A stretch of DNA of 62,484 nucleotides, counting the filler, from Myxococcota bacterium (lineage in GTDB: Bacteria; Myxococcota_C; UBA6777), in NCBI GenBank assembly GCA_023150835.1. It is 3 parts of 3 records of this genome, joined end to end, with 100 filler letters (N's around TTAATTAATTAA, not from the genome) between each part and the next. Parts side by side here need not be neighbours in the genome. Positions count along the whole stretch, not along the records: positions 30,049 to 59,974 come from JAKLKB010000081.1; 2 more parts are not named here. One strand, 5' to 3'. This document shows positions 39,694 through 51,437 of this stretch, piece by piece (positions within the stretch are counted from its first letter, which is position 1; every line of letters begins with the position of its first letter). Position numbers and translations under genes: made by a program. The notes below the pieces were generated by a model that saw nothing but the letters and a program-made list of their open reading frames with translations, did not search any database and was not told the DNA's origin.

Positions 39694-40119
39694 ATGATCA
39701 GCCATGTGTGGACGGTCATCTGTTCGCGCAGTGTGATCGACGAAGCCTCCAAAAATATCAGCTTGATGGATATCGTTGAGCAGGTCACGATCAGCGCGGA
39801 GAGTGCGAAACAAAAAGAAACGTTGTTGCCCATGCCCTTTGAGGTGGTGACGCTTTGGGCAAAAGAAGCCGAGACGGGAAAAAGCGAAACCGAAGCTCGC
39901 TTGCGCCTGTTGTCTCCCGAAGGAAAAGAGATCCACCACCAGACCTATCGCGTCGATCTCCATGAACATCCTCGAATGCGCACACGAATCCGCGTTCCCG
40001 GCCTGCCGTTTGTAGGCGCGGGGACGTACAAGTTTTGTGTCGATCTCCGCCGCCAAGACGGCGAAACATGGCGTGAGGTCGCCCACATCCCCTTACAGAT
40101 CCAGATCGACGCTCCCTGA
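39694..40119 (+). CDS. Small conserved-type hypothetical protein (DUF6941-like)
   Basis: AGGAG RBS; ICSRSVID...NISL...LLSPEG...LPF...GTY pattern. Confidence 0.6.
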   Translation: MISHVWTVICSRSVIDEASKNISLMDIVEQVTISAESAKQKETLLPMPFEVVTLWAKEAETGKSETEARLRLLSPEGKEIHHQTYRVDLHEHPRMRTRIRVPGLPFVGAGTYKFCVDLRRQDGETWREVAHIPLQIQIDAP

Positions 40120-40170
40120 TATCGTTCCATATCGATTCTTTCCATAGGAGTGGCTTGTTCGATCGATCTT

Positions 40171-40291
40171 GTGGGACTTTGCCCCACGCCCCACAACGGA
40201 GCGCGGCTCCCTTGACCCCGTATCGGCGGAACGAACAAGTGTTTTTCAAACAAACGGCTCTACCGCGTGAGACACCGCGAACACGGGTTTT
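40171..40291 (-). repeat. Dispersed repeat R1 copy
   Basis: gccccacgccccacaa...cccttgaccccg...cgcgaacacgggttttt. Confidence 0.75.
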
Positions 40292-40396
40292 TTGAAGAGC
40301 TACGTCCCTCCTGTTCCGACAGAATTGTTTTTCGAGGCTTTTTAGATTTTTTATCCAGAGCTTTTCAGATTGTTTCATCCAGACAAGGAGTCGAAC

Positions 40397-41635
40397 ATGC
40401 CCATCCAAGGCCCCGCTTCTCGCCCTACACAATCCATCCATACCACTGCGCCGACCGCACCGACCGCACCCGCGACACCCACTGCACAACCCCAACCCGC
40501 TTCACCAAGCCTGCACGCCAACAGCTTTGAGGCCGGACGTAGCGAGGCTGTGGCCTTACCACCTGCTGTCCAAGAACGCACCAACGCTGCGCTCGCTCGC
40601 TTTGAATCCACCTTGCGCCAAACCCTGCATCACGACGCAATGTCCCTTGCTGCCGGGCATACGCCCATTCGCGCAGGAGATCCGCTCTCCGACGCCCAAA
40701 CCAGCGCGCTCAAAGACGCTACCAAAGACCTGTTTTTGGCGATGCCGATCGGTGCGCTCTCTCCAAGCGCAAGCGCCGAACTCAAGAGCTTTTTGGGACG
40801 CCAAGGTCTTTCCACCGAAGGGATCGAAACCAAAACGCTCGGTGATCTCGGACAGATCGGTGGCGATCTTGCCAAAAAATGGGCCGATGATCTCAAAGAC
40901 AACTCTCCCGGGGTTTATTATGGGGCGCTTGCTGCTGGAGCCGCAGCCATCGGAGCTTACGGTTATCTCGAAGGCTCTGATGCACTCAAAAAGCTTGGTA
41001 TCAAGCCTGAATTCAAAAAAGACTTCTTTGACAAAAACCTCAGCATCAAAGCCGAAGGGATGTGGGGCAAACGCTTTTCAGACCCGAACATCCGAGCCGA
41101 TATCAACGGTCGTGTGCAGATCAATCCGTTGACGCTGCGGATCAGCTCTAGCATCGACGCCCGCAAACTCGAAGACACCAAGCTCGGTCTTGGAGCGCGG
41201 CTCGGCGATGAGCAACGCCACCTTGATGTCCAAGCCAACGGCGATATCCGCAACGGTCTCCAAGACTTGACCGTCTCGGGACGCTGGAGCAATGATCGCT
41301 TAACTGCCCGAGGTACAGCGACTTTGGATGATCGACTTGCGTTGCGCGAGGGAGAAGTCGGTTTGACTACGCGCATCAACGACAGCTTGACCACCGATCT
41401 CGATGTGAAGTTTGGACCCGATTGGAAACCTGCTTCGGCAGGGGGTTCTGTGTCTTACCAGCGCGACAACTTCCGCCTCAACGCAGGGGTACGCCACGAA
41501 TTTGGCGAAGATCGCACCTCTGCCCATGTCTCTGCGTCTTACACGCCCACCCGCGACTTGGAACTCGGGCTTCAAGGTGGGTATGATTCCGATCGGGGCG
41601 GTCGCATCGGCGTTGGCCTGACGTGGCGTTTCTAA
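40397..41635 (+). CDS. Hypothetical protein: helical N-half plus predicted beta-barrel C-half
   Basis: AAGGAG RBS; alternating amphipathic strands; ends GVGLTWRF. Confidence 0.7.
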   Translation: MPIQGPASRPTQSIHTTAPTAPTAPATPTAQPQPASPSLHANSFEAGRSEAVALPPAVQERTNAALARFESTLRQTLHHDAMSLAAGHTPIRAGDPLSDAQTSALKDATKDLFLAMPIGALSPSASAELKSFLGRQGLSTEGIETKTLGDLGQIGGDLAKKWADDLKDNSPGVYYGALAAGAAAIGAYGYLEGSDALKKLGIKPEFKKDFFDKNLSIKAEGMWGKRFSDPNIRADINGRVQINPLTLRISSSIDARKLEDTKLGLGARLGDEQRHLDVQANGDIRNGLQDLTVSGRWSNDRLTARGTATLDDRLALREGEVGLTTRINDSLTTDLDVKFGPDWKPASAGGSVSYQRDNFRLNAGVRHEFGEDRTSAHVSASYTPTRDLELGLQGGYDSDRGGRIGVGLTWRF

Positions 41636-41789
41636 ACACAAGCACCTTCCGAACTTCGCCGCAACGTACCGCCGTATCGGGGTGGATGGTGCGCTGTTTC
41701 TTGGTGTCAGCCCTCCTTTCAATCTGCCCTCGTCTTCCGCCCGATGTCCCGTCTTTTTCGAGTTCTTGAGAAGCATGGAGGCATTTTTG

Positions 41790-44327
41790 ATGAAGACGCA
41801 AGATATCTTGCAGTCACTCAAGCAGCTTGGCGAATTGCGCGCCCAAGGCGTGCTTTCCGATGAAGAGTTTACACGCGAAAAAGCCGCACTAATGGGGATG
41901 TTGCAACAAGCACGCAGCTTGGCGGGAGCCTATCCCGCAGCCAAGGCCGCAGACACCTTTGCGACAGGGTTTGTTGGAACGCCACCCACCCGCGCCCCCG
42001 CCTCTTCGGACGATTCGATGGCTTCTGTCCAACGGCCCCCCCTCCACGCCCCCGCCTCTTCGGATGCTTCGAGGCTGCTTGTTGAACAGTCCTCCTCTAA
42101 GGCATCGTCCTTCCCCGAGTCCACGATCCACCCCGTTGGACGGCCTGTTGTGTTGGCGGCTGATCTCTTCGCCACAGGCTACGCAGCCCCACCGAAGCCA
42201 CAAGCCTCACAGAGCCAAACCTCCGAAGAGACGCAGCTTTCTTCCTCGACGCAGACGCAAAGCACCGAACAGGCGTTGCCTTTTCCTTTCGATGTCTCGG
42301 CTTCTTCGCGACAGGCTGCGAAGGCGGCGGATCTTTTCTCTACAGGCGGAGGGATGCCCGAAGATACGGGCGCAGAGAGGATGCGTGGGCAAGAGGGCGT
42401 TGCGCCTGTTCAAGGGCTGATCGGTGGGCGTTATCAACGGATCGCTGCGCTTGGTCGCGGTGGGATGGGAGAGATCTGGCACGTTCGCGACATCCAAAGC
42501 GGCCAAGAATACGCGCTGAAGGCGCTCCACGACGGACTGCCGCAGATGCGCGAGATGTTTGTGCGTGAATTCCAATCCCTACAACGTCTGCGCCATCCGC
42601 ATATCGTGCGACTGGACGAGCTTGGACGCGATCCTGCGCTTGGGTTCTTTTTCACGATGGAACTGCTGCGCGGCGAAGATCTCCAAACGTTTCTGGATCG
42701 TGCGAAGACCGAACAACGGCATCCTTTGATCGCGCCATCTGTGCTGATCGAATGGGTGGAGCAGATCGCACAAGCCCTTGATTCAGCCCATGCTCAGGGG
42801 ATCTTGCACCTCGATCTCAAGCCTGCCAACATCTTTCTTTGCCAAGAAGGGGTGCGGCTGATCGACTTTGGGATCGCACAGATGCGGGCCTTGGCGTCGG
42901 GCCGTCCGACGATGGGGACGGTGTACTACATGGCTCCCGAACAATTGAGCGGAGATGCCGCTCTTTCTGCTGCTGCGGATGTGTATGCGCTCGGTGTTGT
43001 GGTCTACCAGATGCTGACTGGGAAGATCTTTCAAGGTGGGATGCCCGGGCCTGCGCAGATCGAGCGCTCTTTGCCGCGTGCTTTGGACGCTGTACACGAA
43101 AAAGCCACTTGTTGGCCGCCCACCGAACGCTTTCAAAAACCTTCTGCCTTGGCCGAAGCCTTGCGACGTGCGTTACAAAGCGCGCCGATCACGCCCAGCA
43201 AAGAGCTTCCTCAACCCGCGCCCACCCAAGAGCCTTCTCCACGCCAAGAGTCCGTGCGTCCTGTTTCCCCCGATCCATCGGCTGTTTCACAGGTTGTACA
43301 ACTTCCGAACGCTGCGAAAGACAAACTCGCGACGTGGCCCGCAACCCATTGGACCGAGATCCGCAAAGGCATGGATCGCAAACGCCCGCGTTGGTTGCAG
43401 ACACCTTTTTTGCGCAAACCTCCACAACTTGCCCTTGCCTCGGCGCTTTCGGATGAAGAGCGCTCGACTCTCCCGATCGCTCCGTTAGCAGGATCTGTTG
43501 TGCTGTTGGATCGCTCAGGAAAACCGTTGTTGGAGCTTTGTGCGATCTCGGGCGGCACATACATCGTCGGAGCCGAAAAGCGGGACAAACAAGCGCGGCG
43601 CTCGGAAAAACCTTATCAAAAAGTCGAGATGACGGGCTTTTGGATGGCGCGCACGCTGATCACGTGTGGTCTCTGGCGGCGCTTTCTCGAAGAAAGCGGC
43701 TACGAGCCTGAGCGCGCTGATCGTCATCCAGAATATCTGTACGGCTGGACGGGGACGAACCCACCCTCCCAAAGGTCGGGTCATCCGCCCGACCACCCGA
43801 CTTCTACAGCATCCGCTCTGTTGAACATCCCTGTGACGCATCTTTCTGCGCTGCATGCGTGGGCCTTTTGTGATTTTTACGGGGTGGCTCTGCCCTCCGA
43901 GGCCCAATGGGAAGCGGCTGCACGAGGACCGCAAGCCCCGTTGTATCCGTGGGGAGACACCCCGCCACCCTCACGCGAACATGGCCCCACCAACCAAGCC
44001 AATCTCGGGCGAAACACCCATCGGCCTTCTTTTGTGTGGGCCTGTCCAGAGGGGGCTTCTGCCTTTGGTTTGCTCGATGCCGTCGGCAACGTGCGGCAGT
44101 GGGTGGCCGATGCGTTCGATGCAACGTGGCTTCAAAAACTCCATGACCGCGATCCCGTGATCCCAAGCCTCGATCGCGCTCACTTCATCTCCACCCGTGG
44201 CTCCGAGTCTTCCACCGCTCCTGATCTTGCTCAAACCTACCGACGCAGCCACGAACCCCCCGATGTCTGCCTTGCCACCGTCGGTTTCCGCCCTTGTCTC
44301 GATATCGATCCGCTGGTGTTGTTGTGA
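41790..44327 (+). CDS. SHOCT + non-RD Ser/Thr kinase + FGE-sulfatase domain protein
   Basis: LKQLGELRAQGVLSDEEFTREKAALM; GRGGMGEI, HLDLKPAN, DFG; LPSEAQWEAAARG...YPWG...SAFGLLDAVGNVRQW...GFR. Confidence 0.9.
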   Translation: MKTQDILQSLKQLGELRAQGVLSDEEFTREKAALMGMLQQARSLAGAYPAAKAADTFATGFVGTPPTRAPASSDDSMASVQRPPLHAPASSDASRLLVEQSSSKASSFPESTIHPVGRPVVLAADLFATGYAAPPKPQASQSQTSEETQLSSSTQTQSTEQALPFPFDVSASSRQAAKAADLFSTGGGMPEDTGAERMRGQEGVAPVQGLIGGRYQRIAALGRGGMGEIWHVRDIQSGQEYALKALHDGLPQMREMFVREFQSLQRLRHPHIVRLDELGRDPALGFFFTMELLRGEDLQTFLDRAKTEQRHPLIAPSVLIEWVEQIAQALDSAHAQGILHLDLKPANIFLCQEGVRLIDFGIAQMRALASGRPTMGTVYYMAPEQLSGDAALSAAADVYALGVVVYQMLTGKIFQGGMPGPAQIERSLPRALDAVHEKATCWPPTERFQKPSALAEALRRALQSAPITPSKELPQPAPTQEPSPRQESVRPVSPDPSAVSQVVQLPNAAKDKLATWPATHWTEIRKGMDRKRPRWLQTPFLRKPPQLALASALSDEERSTLPIAPLAGSVVLLDRSGKPLLELCAISGGTYIVGAEKRDKQARRSEKPYQKVEMTGFWMARTLITCGLWRRFLEESGYEPERADRHPEYLYGWTGTNPPSQRSGHPPDHPTSTASALLNIPVTHLSALHAWAFCDFYGVALPSEAQWEAAARGPQAPLYPWGDTPPPSREHGPTNQANLGRNTHRPSFVWACPEGASAFGLLDAVGNVRQWVADAFDATWLQKLHDRDPVIPSLDRAHFISTRGSESSTAPDLAQTYRRSHEPPDVCLATVGFRPCLDIDPLVLL

Positions 44328-44398
44328 CAAGTCTCTGTGGATACGCTCTTGTTTTTCCACAGCTTGTCTCGATATCGATCCGCTGGTGTTGTTGTGAC
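44293..44398. repeat. Perfect 36-bp direct repeat pair separated by 34 bp
   Basis: CTTGTCTCGATATCGATCCGCTGGTGTTGTTGTGAC at 44293-44328 and 44363-44398. Confidence 0.95.
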
Positions 44399-44504
44399 GC
44401 CTTTTTGTTCTGGGCTTGTGCTGTTTCGTTTTTGGGGCGTGGGGGCTTGATCTTTTTTTGAACTTGTGCTGTTGTTTCTGCGTTTGTGTCCAACAACTTC
44501 GCTT

Positions 44505-44632
44505 GGGTGCGTGTATCCCCATCCGTAGAGTGTACAAATAGCCAAATTGGTTAGGCATCAGTCGGTTAAACTGAAGAATGCAGGTTCGATCCCTGCTTTG
44601 TAAATCCACTCTACAAACTTGTATATGCACCC
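44505..44632 (+). ncRNA. tRNA-like ncRNA 1 (Asn-GUU-like cloverleaf within extended bulged terminal stem); candidate Y-like RNA
   Basis: Cloverleaf 44532-44604: TACAAA/TTTGTA, D arm GCC-AAATTGGTTA-GGC, anticodon arm TCAGT-CGGTTAA-ACTGA, T arm GCAGG-TTCGATC-CCTGC. Extra helices GTAGAGTG/CACTCTAC and GGGTGCGTGTA/TATATGCACCC, then a T10 run. Confidence 0.8.
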
Positions 44633-44651
44633 TTTTTTTTTTCGTGTTGTG

Positions 44652-44772
44652 GCGTGTGTTCTCACCCGTCAGCGTGTACAAATAGCTCACTTGGTAGAGC
44701 GACAGACTGATTCTCTGTAGGCAGCAGGTTCGATCCCTGTTTTGTAAACACACGCCGCGAACTCGCACACTC
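44652..44772 (+). ncRNA. tRNA-like ncRNA 2 (Ile-GAU-like cloverleaf within extended bulged terminal stem); candidate Y-like RNA
   Basis: Cloverleaf 44676-44748: TACAAA/TTTGTA, GCTC-ACTTGGTA-GAGC, ACAGA-CTGATTC-TCTGT, GCAGG-TTCGATC-CCTGT. Extra helices GCGTG/CACGC and GTGTG/CACAC. Confidence 0.8.
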
Positions 44773-44784
44773 CCTCCTTTTCTC

Positions 44785-44822
44785 AACCCCTTCTGTTCGA
44801 TGGAATAGAAGGGGTTTTTTTT
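44785..44822 (+). terminator. Rho-independent terminator after the tRNA-like pair
   Basis: AACCCCTTCTGTTC-gatg-GAATAGAAGGGGTT hairpin running into a T8 tract. Confidence 0.85.
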
Positions 44823-44981
44823 GCTGTTGGCATCTTTGCGTTGTATCTGCTACAAAGGCGCGACACAAAAGTACAAAGCCTTTCTCGCGCAAGCATCTTT
44901 TGTGGATGAATTCGGATAGATGGGCATCGCAGCGTTGCGATGATACTACGGGAGAGGTGAAAACAAAGGAGAGGTGGAAGC

Positions 44982-46754
44982 ATGAGAGTGCGTGCAAAAA
45001 AAAGCGCGATGCTGTCGGTGGTATGGCGATCTTGTGGATGGCTGTGGGCCGTGTGGATGTTGTGCTGTGGGCCGTTGGTCTCGCTCGGTTGGGCGCAAGA
45101 CGGCGGAGATGACGGAAACAAAGACACCAAGAAAGAAGATGAAAAGAAAGAAGACACCAAGAAAGAAGATGAAAAGAAGGAAGAAAAAAAGACAGAGCCT
45201 GAGAGAAAGTATGTTGGTGCAAGCTACAAAAAGCCGCTGATTACCTTTTTGGGTTCAAGCGGGATCTATGACAGCGGGCGCGAACGTGGCCTGCGGATCG
45301 AAGAGTTGGTGCGCAAGATTGTAGAAGGCAAGCGATTCGTGGGGATCAAGATCCCGATTAGCCAAGACAACCAAGATCAATTTGTGCAAAAGATGGTGCG
45401 TGTGGTTTCGCAGCGTGCCAAGGGCCTTGCGCAGATGCAGGCAGAGTGGGACTCGTCGTTTCGGGGATTCAACATCACCAGCGGCTTGCTCAACGCGATC
45501 CAGAATCTGTCCTTTTTCTACCGCCTCGACTTCGTTCAATTCCAGCCTAACTCCAAAGATCCCCAACAGTTCGACTTCCAAGTCAATATGATCGTGCATC
45601 GGCTGGAGGTGTTCGATTGTCGCGCCTCCAACCAACAGCGCGGCCCCGACTACAAAGCCGCCTGCGAAGGAAAACAAGAAAGCGATTACGCGGGAGTCGC
45701 CAAGCCCTACAAAACGTTTAAGGCCAATTCCTCGGCAGGAGAGCAAGTTTTTCGTGCGGGAGCGCGCATGGTCTCGCAGCTTGCGACACGCGGCTTGATG
45801 AAAGATGACGCGATGTCGATGGCCGAAGGCCAGAATCTACGGCCTTTTGAACGCGCTGCGCTGCGGATCGGCTCGCTGTTGCAAGGCGATATGTCGCTCG
45901 ATGAACACTTCGGTTTGTACAATCCCGTCGAGTTTGCCTCGTGGTCGCGGATCAAGTTTGGCCTCGGAAAAGCCGAAGGATTGAAGCTCAATCGCGGCTT
46001 TGATGTGTACGTGCGCACAACCTCGGGAAAGCTCCAGTATCGGGGGCATGTGCGCGTGCGTTCGATCGGCGACAACCGCATGAAGATGGAAGGCAACGAA
46101 CGTGTGCGTGTCAGCCCGAATGCTCCGCTGTTTAGCGAAGCTGATCAGCTAATCGTGCAAGGGCAGGGCGGGATTATGAAAGGGATGTTGTTGTATGAAC
46201 ACCCGTATCGCCCGTGGACGGCCTACTTTGGATTGGGTCTGTTGGGGGCGGGTTCTTCGGGCGTTCCTTATAAGAATGGCGTTGGAGGGGCGGTTCCGTT
46301 TCCTGTGGTGCAGGGTAGCTTGATGGCTGCAGGGCTTCAGCTTGGCGGATCGTACGATATCTCCGATCAGATCGGGTGGGATGAGATGTATGTTTCATTG
46401 GTGATCGATGCGGGCTTTTCGATGGCGGGGAATCCTGAGCAGCCCCAACAGGTGATTATTCCTGTGTTTATTCATGCGGGGCTGATGAAGCGCTTTTATT
46501 TCCGACAATTGGCCTTTGTGATGGCGGTTCGCCTTGGTTTGGGCATGTACTTGGGCGGCGATTTTTTGGCGACTTTGGGCGGTGAAGTCATGATCGGCTT
46601 GGAATATCTGATCTCACCGCAGCTTTCGATCTTTTTGCATCTGGGTGGGCGCGCCCACTGGGTCGGATGGGATCGTCTGATCGGGGGAGACATCGCAGGG
46701 CAAGGGGCCTTCTTTGCTCCGAATGCTTTGCTTGGAGCGCATTATTCATTCTAA
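44982..46754 (+). CDS. Hypothetical exported / outer-membrane protein with C-terminal beta-barrel
   Basis: Signal peptide (..SLGWA), K/E/D-rich linker, amphipathic beta-strands, terminal GAHYSF. Confidence 0.75.
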   Translation: MRVRAKKSAMLSVVWRSCGWLWAVWMLCCGPLVSLGWAQDGGDDGNKDTKKEDEKKEDTKKEDEKKEEKKTEPERKYVGASYKKPLITFLGSSGIYDSGRERGLRIEELVRKIVEGKRFVGIKIPISQDNQDQFVQKMVRVVSQRAKGLAQMQAEWDSSFRGFNITSGLLNAIQNLSFFYRLDFVQFQPNSKDPQQFDFQVNMIVHRLEVFDCRASNQQRGPDYKAACEGKQESDYAGVAKPYKTFKANSSAGEQVFRAGARMVSQLATRGLMKDDAMSMAEGQNLRPFERAALRIGSLLQGDMSLDEHFGLYNPVEFASWSRIKFGLGKAEGLKLNRGFDVYVRTTSGKLQYRGHVRVRSIGDNRMKMEGNERVRVSPNAPLFSEADQLIVQGQGGIMKGMLLYEHPYRPWTAYFGLGLLGAGSSGVPYKNGVGGAVPFPVVQGSLMAAGLQLGGSYDISDQIGWDEMYVSLVIDAGFSMAGNPEQPQQVIIPVFIHAGLMKRFYFRQLAFVMAVRLGLGMYLGGDFLATLGGEVMIGLEYLISPQLSIFLHLGGRAHWVGWDRLIGGDIAGQGAFFAPNALLGAHYSF

Positions 46755-46782
46755 ATAGGACCTGTGCAGTTCGATGGTTTGT

Positions 46783-46904
46783 GTGGGACTCTGCCCCACG
46801 CCCCGCAAGGGACCTGTGGCCCCTTGACCCCGGTGTAGGCGAAGAGATCACCGTGTTTTACACAGACGGCTCTGTCGCTTGAAGTGTTGCGAACACGGCT
46901 TTTT
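46783..46904 (-). repeat. Dispersed repeat R1 copy (preceded by degenerate family-A end TAGGACCTGTGCAGTT at 46756)
   Basis: gccccacgccccgcaaggg...ccccttgacccc...cgcttgaagtgttgcgaacacggc. Confidence 0.75.
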
Positions 46905-46920
46905 TGTCAGGGAGTTAGAG

Positions 46921-47667
46921 ATGCAGCCGATGGATTTTTCAGTGTATCGCCGGATCGTGATCTTGACAGGGGCGGGTATCTCGGTGGCTTCGGGGCTTCG
47001 GCCTTATCGCGGGGCAGGCGGTGTGTGGGGAGATATCGATCCACAAAAGGCCGCTACACGGGCGATCTTGGAACAAGATCCACAAAAAGTCTGGGAGCTT
47101 TGCAACGAACAACGCCGCCAAGTCCTGCAAAGTTCGCCCAACCCTGCGCATCTTGCGCTGGCTTCGCTCGAAGCGTCCTTGCATCCAACACAGCAGTTTT
47201 TGTTGGTGACGCAAAATGTGGATGGCTTACACCATCGGGCAGGTTCGCAGCGTGTGGTCGCGCTGCATGGCGATATCTGCCGAACACGTTGCACTTCGGC
47301 AGATTGTTCGTTGGCTGCGTTTGTGGATACCGCTGCATACACCGAACTCCCGAGGTGCTCGCGGTGTGGGTCGCCGTTGCGCCCTGATATCGTTCTGTTT
47401 GACGAGCCGTTGCCTGTGGATGCGGAATGGGCCGTCAAACGGGCATTACGGGACTGCGATCTGTTTTTGGCGGTGGGGACTTCAGGGACGGTTGCACCTG
47501 CCTCTAACTTTGTTCGTAGTGCCGATTATGTGGGCGCTCGGACGATCTTTGTGAACTTGGAGCCGATGGATCCGCCCAATCCTTATTTTCACGAGAGTCT
47601 CTTGGGGCGGGCCGAAGAGATCTTGCCCGTCCTTTGTGGTGTTTCTCTGTCGTCCGATCCGGGGTGA
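46921..47667 (+). CDS. cobB: Sir2/CobB-family NAD-dependent deacylase
   Basis: LTGAGISVASG, PNPAH, TQNVDGLHHRAG, LHG, two CxxC-type pairs, LRPDIVLFDE, VGTS. Confidence 0.9.
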   Translation: MQPMDFSVYRRIVILTGAGISVASGLRPYRGAGGVWGDIDPQKAATRAILEQDPQKVWELCNEQRRQVLQSSPNPAHLALASLEASLHPTQQFLLVTQNVDGLHHRAGSQRVVALHGDICRTRCTSADCSLAAFVDTAAYTELPRCSRCGSPLRPDIVLFDEPLPVDAEWAVKRALRDCDLFLAVGTSGTVAPASNFVRSADYVGARTIFVNLEPMDPPNPYFHESLLGRAEEILPVLCGVSLSSDPG

Positions 47668-47767
47668 ACTTTGGTGGGCTTCTCTGCGTAGCGGGTTGCG
47701 AACTGTACCCGCCACCCGAAGGCTTGCAATATCTTGCGGTCTTGTTCCTTCGGGCGGGCAGCGAACG

Positions 47768-48604
47768 ATGTCCGCCACCCGAAAGAAGAAGACGATGCGC
47801 ATCCTCGATATCTCTGCCGAACCCATCGACGCGATCCCTTACCAGCTTGTCGCTTCCCAAGAGATGCGTGCAAAAGGCGCGGCTTCCGTGGTGTCTGCGC
47901 GATTTCCGATCTTTGAAGGGCGGGTTGATGCTTTGCCCGAAGAACTCGATGCTTTGGTGCTTGCCTCCGATCTGCAAGGCCAGATCGATGGCGCACTGAT
48001 GGGGCTATCCGTTCCCGCTTGGTTAGAATTGTTTTTGGGATTGTATTTTGAGGCGTGTTTGGCAGCGCGTGTGGGTGTGATCTTGGGCGGTGATCTGTTT
48101 TCTTTGCCGACAAAACGCGGTGGCTTGGGCGATGTGCGCGAGGTTTGGTCGGCCTTCCAACACCGTTTTCGATGGGTGGCCGGCGTATTGGGAAACCACG
48201 ATCAGATCGGTTCTCGCCGCACAGAGATGCAAGCATTTCAGCACAAGCGCGGGATCTTCCTTTTCGACGGCCATTCTTCCAAAGTGGATGGCTTGCATCT
48301 TGCGGGCATCTCGGGTGTAATCGGGCGTGCAGAGAAGCCCAATTGCCGCGAAGCCACCGATTATCTGGCTTGCTTGACGCGACTTTTGCCCCAACGCCCC
48401 GATATCTTGATCTTGCACGAGCCTCCCGACTTTCCGTCCGAAGGCTTCCCGGGGCGTGTCGCTGTGCGTGAGGCGCTGGAATGTGGAGCCGCTACGTTGG
48501 TGTGCTGTGGACATCGCCATTGGCCCGAGCCTTTGCGCGAACTAACCAACGGCACGCAAGTACTCAACTGCGAAGGCCGCATCGTGATCTTGCGCTCTGC
48601 GTAA
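47768..48604 (+). CDS. Calcineurin-like metallophosphoesterase
   Basis: LASDLQG, GGDLF, GNHD, LILHEPP, CGHRH. Confidence 0.85.
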   Translation: MSATRKKKTMRILDISAEPIDAIPYQLVASQEMRAKGAASVVSARFPIFEGRVDALPEELDALVLASDLQGQIDGALMGLSVPAWLELFLGLYFEACLAARVGVILGGDLFSLPTKRGGLGDVREVWSAFQHRFRWVAGVLGNHDQIGSRRTEMQAFQHKRGIFLFDGHSSKVDGLHLAGISGVIGRAEKPNCREATDYLACLTRLLPQRPDILILHEPPDFPSEGFPGRVAVREALECGAATLVCCGHRHWPEPLRELTNGTQVLNCEGRIVILRSA

Positions 48605-51267
<2,663 letters not shown>

Positions 51268-51437
51268 TGTGCGAAATCTTGTGTTTGCTGGAGTTCCTTG
51301 GTGGTTCGAAGAATCGTACGGTATCCGAGAGGTGTGTGATCAAGGGCGACACGGTTTGTTGTTTCAGCCCTTTTCTTGGGCAGCCCCCTACGTTTTGCGC
51401 ACATCATGGGCGGGTTTCGTCTTGGTAGGAGTTGGAC

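Noticed and set aside
44532-44748. Annotation as ordinary tRNA-Asn(GTT) and tRNA-Ile(GAT)
   Set aside because: 1-72 mismatch, no canonical CCA, G33 or pyrimidine 37, identical acceptor stems despite different anticodons, and conserved extra helices. Reported as tRNA-like ncRNAs instead.
46921-47667. Sir2 as a Thoeris/DSR-type anti-phage NADase
   Set aside because: Short, Zn-binding, CobB-like classical sirtuin with no sensor fusion and no TIR, Argonaute or HerA partner.
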